From a bacterium (GTDB lineage: Bacteria > Electryoneota > Electryoneia > Electryoneales > Electryoneaceae): 64,000 nucleotides of DNA. Each line of letters starts with the position of its first letter. The stretch's first letter is position 1. Below are positions 48,616 to 56,824 of this stretch, one piece after another. The translations under genes and the position numbers were made by a program. The notes beneath the pieces were generated by a model that saw only the letters and a program-made list of their open reading frames with translations, was not told the DNA's origin and did no database searches. The stretch is taken from positions 1 through 64,000 of the forward strand of contig JAZDLX010000184.1 in NCBI GenBank assembly GCA_043801585.1, written 5' to 3'.

Positions 48616-49610
48616 ACCGAATTGAAGGATTCGGCCTGGCGCCCACTACCGCCGCGTTTGTCGCATCCTACGATCAAAATCGCGGGTGGAATCAGGGGAA
48701 ATGGATGGAGCCCGGCGAGCAACTCAAGATTCCTTTGCAAGCCTCGGTTCTGTCCTATGGTCTATCGGTCTTCGAAGGGTTGAAGGCATACAGGACTGTA
48801 AAGGACACCATCCTCCTCTTCCGGGTTCGCGATCATGCAGAACGGTTCCAACGGTCCGCCAAGGCGGTCGGTTTGCCGACTTTTCCCGTTGAGAAATTCG
48901 TTCAGACATGCCGCGACACTGCTTTGCGCAACGCCGCGCATCTGCCACCGGTGGGCAAGGGGTCCTTGTATCTGCGTCCCGTGTTATTTGCGAACGAGGC
49001 GCGACTGGGCATGGGTCTTCCCGCGACAGCTCGCTTTGTTCTCTTCGCGAGTCCGGTGTCGGAATACTTTCAGGGTTCCGAACAGGGTGTCAGCCTGTTG
49101 CTGCTCGACCGTTCCCGTGTCCCGGCTGGTGGCATCGGCTATGCCAAGTGTTCCGGGAATTACGCAGGGACGCTTTTGACAAGGGTTCAGGCGATGCATG
49201 ACGGTTATGATGACGTGCTCTACTGCGATGCCCGGAATCCCGGTACCGTTGCCGAGCTGACCGGGGCGAACATTTTCGCCCGAATCGATGAAACGCTGGT
49301 GGTGACTCCACCAGCGTCCGACCAGATTCTTGCGGGCATTACCCGCGATTCGGTCATTCACCTGATGCGGGACCAGGGAGTGAACGTCGAGGAGCGCCCT
49401 CTGACCATAACCGAACTTACCGCGGCACAGGAATCGTTTTGCACGGGGACCGCATGGGGTGTTGTCGGAGTCAGAGAGTTGCGCCACGGCTCATCATCCA
49501 TTCGCTTTCCCACAATGCAACTTTCCCATCAACTGGTGAAAAAACTGCAAGCCGTCCAAACAGGTGAACGTGCCGATCCATTTGACTGTGAGTTGATTCC
49601 GTTTGAGTGA
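48612..49610 (+). CDS. ilvE: Class IV PLP aminotransferase (IlvE/BCAT-like), probably the aromatic aminotransferase of the operon
   Basis: YGLSVFEGLKAY, LYLRPV, AKCSGNY (PLP Lys), ELTGANIF, ILAGITRDS and GTA motifs. Confidence 0.88.
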   Translation: MNRIEGFGLAPTTAAFVASYDQNRGWNQGKWMEPGEQLKIPLQASVLSYGLSVFEGLKAYRTVKDTILLFRVRDHAERFQRSAKAVGLPTFPVEKFVQTCRDTALRNAAHLPPVGKGSLYLRPVLFANEARLGMGLPATARFVLFASPVSEYFQGSEQGVSLLLLDRSRVPAGGIGYAKCSGNYAGTLLTRVQAMHDGYDDVLYCDARNPGTVAELTGANIFARIDETLVVTPPASDQILAGITRDSVIHLMRDQGVNVEERPLTITELTAAQESFCTGTAWGVVGVRELRHGSSSIRFPTMQLSHQLVKKLQAVQTGERADPFDCELIPFE

Positions 49611-49677
49611 TCCACCATGTAAAACGCCGCACCTCGCAGGTACGGCGTCGCTTCCATTCTGTTCAGGGATTCGGTCG

Positions 49678-51288
49678 TTACTGTTCCGTTGGCAAGTAAG
49701 TATTTGCATCCGTTCGGATATAGCGGAGCAACCGATTGTTCTCCGTGTCGGAAATGTAGACAACACCCTCCGAGGTGGCGACTCCCGTAGGTCCACTGAG
49801 GATCGGCCACAGGACTTTCACCGTGGAATCTGCCGCCACTGAAAGGTCGAACATCGTGTCTTGCTGGGCGATATAGGTTTGCAAAACGGGGGGATTCAGC
49901 AGATCCGAGTACGCAAGATCGAGAGATTGCAGGACGCTGGCGAAGGATTGTGCGGAATCCAGCAAAACCGTAGTAGTCCTTGCGGAAAGAAATCCCACGA
50001 GGTCCGGGTTCAAAACAGCGTCCAACTCGTCTCCCCGTTGCGCCAGGTAATCATCCAGTAACTCGCCGGCATTCAGGTCGATAAATTCCGGTTCGGCGGC
50101 AACCTCACGAAATTTGAAACCATTCGGAAAGAACGCCGTCACCCGATTCTGTCTTTGATCCGCAACGTAGATCAATCCAAGACCACGGGCATCCCGTTCG
50201 CCCACGGCAACCGACATCGGTCTGCTGAAATAATTCAGTTTCAGCAGTTGCGGTTCACCCTCTTCCGTGACCGAAATATCAAAATACCAGTTCGATCCCG
50301 TTCCCGTGACTTTCTGAACTTTGAAGTTGCCTGCTGACTGCGCGAAGAAAATCGAAGTCGAACTTCCACCACCCTGTGTGACGAGACTGGTCGGAGAGTT
50401 TGCCGATCCCCGCCCCTGTCCAGCACCCACAGCAACAGCATGGTGATTACCAAGATATGTATAGAAGACTACTCCGTTATCGAGAACAAGCAAACGCTTG
50501 GGCAGCACCGATATTTCAACGATACGATCGTCCTGTTCATCGGTGAAGTAGATCATATGCGAATTGGCGCCCCCTGCGGCGACATCAGTAAGTTTCGGTT
50601 TTGCTGCCGTTCCGATTGCGTAGGAATGATCTACATAGAAGAGATAAGGATTCGTTACAGATGCCAGTGAATCCGGGTCGGTCGTGGAAGTGTAATCGGC
50701 GACCACATAATTCTGGGCATCGAACATACCAAGCTGCTGATAGAGAGGCGTTGAATTGTCAAGGACTACAGTATCCTCGGTTGCTGGGTTCACAAAGGTG
50801 ACCGTCTGAATCAACGCCTGAATACCTGTCTGGGCGGCATACTGGTTCCAGCAATAGATTTTGTCGGTCCCATTCACCATGAAGAGGTTCAGCTTGGTAT
50901 CCTGACCAATTCCCCTCGGAGCATTCGACGTATCCGTCACCGAAGTGAACAGATTATCCCTGACTGTGGATCCAGTGGTTGTCAATTGAACCACGTGACC
51001 ATTGGTGTTTCCGTCCACCTCGGTAAAATCCACTACATACATAAAACCATCTGGGCCGATTAAAAGATCGGCTGGATTTGTCCATGTGTAGCCGTGGGCT
51101 GCATCCCAATCGGGAGAAAGACGAACGAAACTCGTATCGTTTGCACCGAAGTCCTCAACCTTGTTTTCGATCGCGGTCGGCAACGCGGGGTGATCTCCGC
51201 ATCCCGTCATCATCAGTCCGGTCATCAGCAGAACCGCCAGGCTGATCATCGATGCGTTGGCAAATCGTATGGTATAATGCCGCATCAT
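49678..51288 (-). CDS. Lipoprotein with NHL-like beta-propeller repeats
   Basis: Lipobox MMTGC; repeats PADLLIGPDGFMYVVD, PMSVAVG..IYVADQRQNRV and PTGVATSEGVVYISDTENNRL. Confidence 0.75.
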   Translation of the reverse strand: MMRHYTIRFANASMISLAVLLMTGLMMTGCGDHPALPTAIENKVEDFGANDTSFVRLSPDWDAAHGYTWTNPADLLIGPDGFMYVVDFTEVDGNTNGHVVQLTTTGSTVRDNLFTSVTDTSNAPRGIGQDTKLNLFMVNGTDKIYCWNQYAAQTGIQALIQTVTFVNPATEDTVVLDNSTPLYQQLGMFDAQNYVVADYTSTTDPDSLASVTNPYLFYVDHSYAIGTAAKPKLTDVAAGGANSHMIYFTDEQDDRIVEISVLPKRLLVLDNGVVFYTYLGNHHAVAVGAGQGRGSANSPTSLVTQGGGSSTSIFFAQSAGNFKVQKVTGTGSNWYFDISVTEEGEPQLLKLNYFSRPMSVAVGERDARGLGLIYVADQRQNRVTAFFPNGFKFREVAAEPEFIDLNAGELLDDYLAQRGDELDAVLNPDLVGFLSARTTTVLLDSAQSFASVLQSLDLAYSDLLNPPVLQTYIAQQDTMFDLSVAADSTVKVLWPILSGPTGVATSEGVVYISDTENNRLLRYIRTDANTYLPTEQ

Positions 51289-51302
51289 TGGCTCGGTCGT
51301 CC

Positions 51303-52430
51303 TTAGAAGGAAAATTCCAGGCTCAAACGTGTCACCTGATCCAACAATCCGAATTCCGTATAACTGACGTCCACACTCATCGCCTTTGTACTGAAAGGCA
51401 GTCGTAAACCTGCGCCGACCGTCCAGGGATCCTCATCCGTATTCGCCTTGAGACCGCCGCGAATGTAGAATTGCCCGGCGAATGAATACTCCGCGCCAGT
51501 GACAAAGTTCTCCGAATTGTCTACAGGATGGTTCAACTGGAAGGAAGCAAGCAATCTGTGGGGACCGCTGGCAAACAACGTCATCGCGGCACCCACGCGA
51601 AATTCGGTTGGAGGACTGAATTCCGTGAAACCCGTCTCAACAATGTCACCGTTGGGGTCTGGCGCAAGGAAACTCCCCTTCGGACTGGCATTGGGACCAA
51701 AGTGCATCAACGCCACACCGATTCGCAGATCGCGGTAGCCTGTCCAGTAATAGGTGCCGATATCGAACATCACGTTGTCCATCTGGGTATCGGCAAGGGT
51801 CTCACGAACACCCTTGAGCGTGATCCCCCACGAGAAGTTCTGGGTCATTTCCCAGGCGAACGTTGCGCCGATCTGCACGTCGCCGTAACTGTAATACTCG
51901 CCTGTGCCATCCGGGTGGTATTCCGTGGTGATTTCCTGGTCCGGTGCCTGCAAGCTGATGGCGGACACACCGATCGCACCAATGCTGATCGGCATCACCG
52001 CGCTGACGGCGCTGTAGCTAAGGTCACCAATCCATTTGAAACTGACCAATCCCACGCTGTAACGTCCGCCGGAAAGCCTGTTGATTCCCGTTCTCGGTCC
52101 CTTGACCCCCTCGGCAGGACGCTGGGGATCCACGGTGTAAGCGCCGTTCCAGCGGTTGTAAATCTGCGCGATCCCCCCCGGATTCCAGAAGGAAGCAAAT
52201 GCATCGTTGGCAATCGCTACATAGGCACCGCCGAGTCCTTCGGCACGGGAACCAACCGGAATCTTGAGGAAAGTCATCGCCGAAGTGCCGACACGCTGAT
52301 CACCGAAGTTCGGGAAAAGACTCTGAGCCTGGGCGGACGGTAGCGCCATCACAAGAACCAACAGGGCAACAATACCTGCCAGTATTTTGATGTTCGCAGT
52401 CATTGCGTTTTTCACGTTTCTGCGTCCCAT
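51303..52430 (-). CDS. PorV/PorQ-family outer-membrane protein (T9SS cargo shuttle)
   Basis: FLKIPVGSRAEGLGGAYVA...FWNPGGIA signature; beta-barrel strands; C-terminal Phe. Confidence 0.85.
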   Translation of the reverse strand: MGRRNVKNAMTANIKILAGIVALLVLVMALPSAQAQSLFPNFGDQRVGTSAMTFLKIPVGSRAEGLGGAYVAIANDAFASFWNPGGIAQIYNRWNGAYTVDPQRPAEGVKGPRTGINRLSGGRYSVGLVSFKWIGDLSYSAVSAVMPISIGAIGVSAISLQAPDQEITTEYHPDGTGEYYSYGDVQIGATFAWEMTQNFSWGITLKGVRETLADTQMDNVMFDIGTYYWTGYRDLRIGVALMHFGPNASPKGSFLAPDPNGDIVETGFTEFSPPTEFRVGAAMTLFASGPHRLLASFQLNHPVDNSENFVTGAEYSFAGQFYIRGGLKANTDEDPWTVGAGLRLPFSTKAMSVDVSYTEFGLLDQVTRLSLEFSF

Positions 52431-52432
52431 GC

Positions 52433-55195
52433 TCAGAACCTCACCGAAGTGCCGAAAAATACCTGTCGAGGTGCTTTGTACCGGCCGGGATCGACGAGAA
52501 TGAAGCCCTGCGCGTTTTCCCATGACACCGGTGCCGGATCACCTCTCTCATAGGGATGACCGGTAAGTGCATTGATCTGGTTCGGCACTTTGAAATCAAA
52601 TGCGTTCAACGCCTCAATGAAGAACCGCACACTGGTCCTTTGGGCAAGAGGTATCTCTTTGTACAGCTTGATATCCACGGTATTCCACCACGGCGCCAGC
52701 TCGCTGTACCGCTCACCCGATTCCTGATAGTCCTGGCCTTCGTTGGTGAGTACGATCGGGGTATAACGTTTGCCTGTCGAAAGATCCCACCGCACGCTGC
52801 CACCCCAGTTCGTCGGCCAATTAATGCCGAACCAGTGTGGAGGGCTGTTTGGAGGAACCCTCAACCAGACCGTCAGGCCAAGCCGGATGGGGGTATCCCA
52901 GGCGAGGTATTCCTCACCCAGTGTCTTCTCCTGGATGTGGGTATCCGCAGCAGCCTGAATCGCCGCCGCAGCGCTTGAGCTCTTCCCCGTCGCTATCTGG
53001 TACGCGAAGTCCACATTCCCCGACCAGTAGGTTCCCTGCCGCGCCCGGAAACGCATCTCCAGGCCGCGTACACGCGCATAGTCCTGGTTGAAATATTGAT
53101 AGTACGAGATGTTGCCGAGACGCGGGTTCGAGCTTGTCACCTGGAACGAAGTGGCGTAATCGTAAAGGTCCTTGTAAAACGCGGAGATCTCGAGCACCTG
53201 GTTGCCCGTGAACCGGTGCTTGATACCCATCTCGTAGGACACGGTTGTCTGGGGATTCAGGTTCGGATTTCCGAAAAGCTGATAGGTGCTCGGGCTGTAG
53301 GATCTCAGCTTGCTGAAGACGTATGCGTACTTGGGCCGCTGGCTGAAATGCCCGTAGTTGAAAAAGAGCACATCCGAATCCGTCACCGGGTGGCTGACGC
53401 CGAGGCGGGGGCTCAAGTGGGATTTGATGCGACGACCAAGAATCTCGCTCGTCTCATCCATGTAAAGCTGACGCGCCGCATCGGTCAGAGTGATCACATT
53501 CGGATCGGCGATCGCGTCCTCCACGTACTTCCCCGGATTCCACCAATCGAAGCGGAGGCCGACGTTCGCGATCATCCCCTTGAACTCAATCTTGTCCTGG
53601 GCGTAGAACGTGCCCGCTTCCGACATCGCGGAATACATATCATAATCACCGCCGAGGTCGGTGGATGCAACCCATGGATCATGGACTGTCAAGGATTGCA
53701 GTTTTGTCTGTTCGTACTCGATACCGATCTTCACCAGATTCCGGCTGTTCGCCTGACTGGTGAGTTTCCACTTCAACTGAAAGGTGTCGTTGTAGTGATC
53801 GTGGTAGGTATCACCGTTTCCGACATCCCACAGGCCGTCACCCGTTTTTGTGAGGATTTCGCCCAGATTGCCGACATCGTAGAAAACCGGAAGGTTGTCA
53901 ACCGGCTGGGTGTAATCGGTGTAATACTTCCCCAGCGGCGCACTTGTCACTCTGTTGTAGAAATTGCCCAGGGTCAATTCATAAAAGGTCTTTCTCGACA
54001 GAGTATGGGTGATGTTCAAACCGTGCTGAATGCCTTCACGCGAGATTGTATTGTACTGGGAGAGAATATCCATGTACTCCAGCGGGAAATATTTTTTATC
54101 CTCCACCACCGCGTCGAAGTATCCCTGATTGATCTGAAGACTCCTGCCGAAGTTATATGAAATTTTGAACGTAGGAATTGGTTTGTAGGTGTACTTCGCC
54201 ATGATTGAATAATTGTTTTCTTCGCGAAGTGCAAAGGGATCCCATTGGTTTCGTATCGGAACGAGTTCGCCTGAAGCATTCGGGAGATAAGTGTCCGAGA
54301 CATACCCGTATCCATTCAAGAAAATCGAAGACTTACCGGGTACGTCCAGCCCGATCGATTTCAGAGCACCGCTGGTGATCGGGTCGGGACCGCCAAGCGA
54401 AAATTCGACATTGTTCGTATTCTGGTGCCGGGAGGGCCAACCAGAGAAATTGTCGGTTTTCGTCTGAAAACTCCCTTCCCACTCGTCGCCGCCTTCCTTG
54501 GTCTCCACGTTGACGAGGCCCGACATCGCCTGGCCGTATTCCGCGTTGAAACCGCCCGTGATCACTTCGATTTCCTTGACGGCTTCCGCGGAGATGTAAA
54601 CGCCCAACCCCTGTCCGCTGATGGGATCCTTAACAGACAAGTTGTCGATGATGTACATGTTTTCGTCGGCCCGGCCTCCGCGAATGTGTACATCGCTGTT
54701 GTCCTTGACCACTCCCACCTGCTGGCCGATGACGTCGTTCAGCCCTTCGACGACGAGTTCGTTGATCTCCTTGCTGTTTATCGTGCGCGAGGTGGCTGTC
54801 TGATCCACATCGAGCAAAGGTCGTTCGCCGATTATGACAATCTCCTGACCCAGCGAGAGCACGGTGGGCTCGAGGGCGATGTCCACGGTCAGGATTTCAT
54901 CACCCTCGATCCGCAGATCGGTGTTAAGGTACAATTTATACCCGATGGAACTGGCCTGAAGATCGTAGCTTCCCGGGTTGACAGCCATGATGACATAGTT
55001 GCCGTCAAGGTCCGTTGAAGCGCCCTTGTAGGTGCCCTTCAGAATGATGTTCACGCCAACCAGCGGTTCGCCTGTCTGGGCGTTGGTTATCGAGCCCATG
55101 ATTCGGCCGGCGAAAGCTGGGATCGCCGCAACCATCAATATGGAAGCCAACAGCAGAACAATTGCGGCGCGTGCAGTCACAATTCTCCTATTCAT
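52433..55195 (-). CDS. TonB-dependent receptor with N-terminal carboxypeptidase-regulatory-like domain
   Basis: TGEPLVGVNI..GASTDLDGNY; plug HIRGGRADE..TGGFNAEYGQAMSGLVN..TKEG; SPRLGVSHP, GNPNLNP; ends PRQVFFGTSVRF. Confidence 0.93.
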   Translation of the reverse strand: MNRRIVTARAAIVLLLASILMVAAIPAFAGRIMGSITNAQTGEPLVGVNIILKGTYKGASTDLDGNYVIMAVNPGSYDLQASSIGYKLYLNTDLRIEGDEILTVDIALEPTVLSLGQEIVIIGERPLLDVDQTATSRTINSKEINELVVEGLNDVIGQQVGVVKDNSDVHIRGGRADENMYIIDNLSVKDPISGQGLGVYISAEAVKEIEVITGGFNAEYGQAMSGLVNVETKEGGDEWEGSFQTKTDNFSGWPSRHQNTNNVEFSLGGPDPITSGALKSIGLDVPGKSSIFLNGYGYVSDTYLPNASGELVPIRNQWDPFALREENNYSIMAKYTYKPIPTFKISYNFGRSLQINQGYFDAVVEDKKYFPLEYMDILSQYNTISREGIQHGLNITHTLSRKTFYELTLGNFYNRVTSAPLGKYYTDYTQPVDNLPVFYDVGNLGEILTKTGDGLWDVGNGDTYHDHYNDTFQLKWKLTSQANSRNLVKIGIEYEQTKLQSLTVHDPWVASTDLGGDYDMYSAMSEAGTFYAQDKIEFKGMIANVGLRFDWWNPGKYVEDAIADPNVITLTDAARQLYMDETSEILGRRIKSHLSPRLGVSHPVTDSDVLFFNYGHFSQRPKYAYVFSKLRSYSPSTYQLFGNPNLNPQTTVSYEMGIKHRFTGNQVLEISAFYKDLYDYATSFQVTSSNPRLGNISYYQYFNQDYARVRGLEMRFRARQGTYWSGNVDFAYQIATGKSSSAAAAIQAAADTHIQEKTLGEEYLAWDTPIRLGLTVWLRVPPNSPPHWFGINWPTNWGGSVRWDLSTGKRYTPIVLTNEGQDYQESGERYSELAPWWNTVDIKLYKEIPLAQRTSVRFFIEALNAFDFKVPNQINALTGHPYERGDPAPVSWENAQGFILVDPGRYKAPRQVFFGTSVRF

Positions 55196-56699
55196 CGAAC
55201 ACCACCTGGATGAATCTGCCTACAATCGCGGGGTCTTTGATCGTCTCCAAAGGTACCGTTAACAGCGTGTACGATTTGTCAACCCTGCGAACGCAGACAA
55301 TCGGTGTCCCGCTGTACTGCGGAGGACTTTTCACGCTGGGATCAAGGCGGTAGAGAATTTCGATCCCGGGTTTTTCAGCGAGGCCAATCCAGACGCGACT
55401 TACCAATTCGTCCAGCATCATCGTCGGCAGCCCGGTTCCTTCTTCAGGCACAAAGTACACGGTGTCCGCTGCTGATGTGTAGACACGGGGCCGACTCAAA
55501 TCATAGTTGATTGCGTACGTGCTGTCCGACAAATCGAGAACCATCCCGGTGTCCACGGTCATCGTCGTTAAAAGCATTCGGTTGCCGGGGGTATTGATAA
55601 ACCCGTACATGGAGTTGAAAGCCTGCCGCAGCAGAGGTGTGCCATAGAAGGAATACCAGAGTACCCGCTTGAATTTGAGCAGCGTTTCCGAAATATCGAC
55701 GGCGACATAGGGCAATTCAGTGCCCAGTTCCCAGGTGCTGTACACATCGCCTTCCTCGCCACCGTACAGGGAATCGAAAATGGCGCGGTAGAAATCCAGA
55801 TGCACGTTCCCTTCATCGAGATAGTAGTCGTCCACAATCAGATAATCGCCTGCCGGTTGTTTCACCACCCACTTCAACGGATCGCTGGCAACATGAGAAT
55901 CCGGGAAATGAATCGTCGGAGACTGGAATCCGGCAAGGTCTTCCACTTTCAGCCAGAAGTTGTGTTCTCCCGTTTCAAGATCACGAAGTGTTACGGTATT
56001 GTAGATCGCGTCCATCTCCTGCCAGGCGGTATCGCCCGGAAGCGGATCGAGGGCATAGTAAACTTTTTCAATGGTCTGGTAGCCATCGGGGTCCGTAGCA
56101 TCCCAGGCAAACGACCGAACATTGAAGGTTTTGTAAGTCTTGCCAGCATAGGATACCGGATTCGACGCAAGACGGAACGACACGTCCGGCCGGCTGTTGA
56201 AGACAGGAAAGGTGATCGTCGCAGGATCCGGATCGATCGCGCCTTCGTTGTCAACCGCCAGGACCTGGAATGTGAATTCCGCGGTCGGGGTGCGAATCGG
56301 GAGAGTGAACTCCTTTTGCTCAAGCGTTGTCGAATTCCAGGTGGAATCGTTCACCTGCTGCCAAGAGTCGTCATACCATTGAGTGTCGACGACGATCCCG
56401 AGAGTATCAGTGACAAGCAATCCCCAGCGATACTCGTAGCTGACGATCCATCCATCAGAATCTTCAGCCCACCAATGCATCACCTTGTTACTTGAACTTG
56501 CAACCGGTAATACTCCCGGATCCGGTACAATCGACAAGTAGGTCTGCGGAGGACGATTATCCGAGCTTCCCAGTACATTCCCGGTCCGTCCATCCGCCCC
56601 AACCGGGTCGAGATTCTGACAGCCGAGCTGAACCAGCGCAATCAATGCCAAGGTCAGCACCGCTGCTAAAACCACCAAACCCGTCTTGCGTGCACTCAT
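55188..56699 (-). CDS. Lipoprotein with two Y_Y_Y/FN3-like beta-sandwich modules
   Basis: Lipobox VQLGC; repeated W..D.DG..YEY/YY...F.V.A/V.D..G modules; SD GGAGGA upstream of ATG 56699. Confidence 0.65.
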   Translation of the reverse strand: MSARKTGLVVLAAVLTLALIALVQLGCQNLDPVGADGRTGNVLGSSDNRPPQTYLSIVPDPGVLPVASSSNKVMHWWAEDSDGWIVSYEYRWGLLVTDTLGIVVDTQWYDDSWQQVNDSTWNSTTLEQKEFTLPIRTPTAEFTFQVLAVDNEGAIDPDPATITFPVFNSRPDVSFRLASNPVSYAGKTYKTFNVRSFAWDATDPDGYQTIEKVYYALDPLPGDTAWQEMDAIYNTVTLRDLETGEHNFWLKVEDLAGFQSPTIHFPDSHVASDPLKWVVKQPAGDYLIVDDYYLDEGNVHLDFYRAIFDSLYGGEEGDVYSTWELGTELPYVAVDISETLLKFKRVLWYSFYGTPLLRQAFNSMYGFINTPGNRMLLTTMTVDTGMVLDLSDSTYAINYDLSRPRVYTSAADTVYFVPEEGTGLPTMMLDELVSRVWIGLAEKPGIEILYRLDPSVKSPPQYSGTPIVCVRRVDKSYTLLTVPLETIKDPAIVGRFIQVVFDE

Positions 56700-56753
56700 C
56701 TCCAACAGTCCTCCGAACCGGACAGAACGACTTTCCGATCTTCAAAAGAATCC

Positions 56754-56793
56754 CCTCCCCACGCATCAATCGTGATGTTGATGCGTGGGGAGG
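56754..56793 (-). terminator. 16-bp stem-loop after the OB-fold protein gene (partial terminator or stability hairpin)
   Basis: CCTCCCCACGCATCAA-8 nt-TTGATGCGTGGGGAGG; followed by GGATTCTTTT on the minus strand. Confidence 0.65.
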
Positions 56794-56824
56794 TTGAGAA
56801 TCGAATCAATGTCAGATGCTTCTG

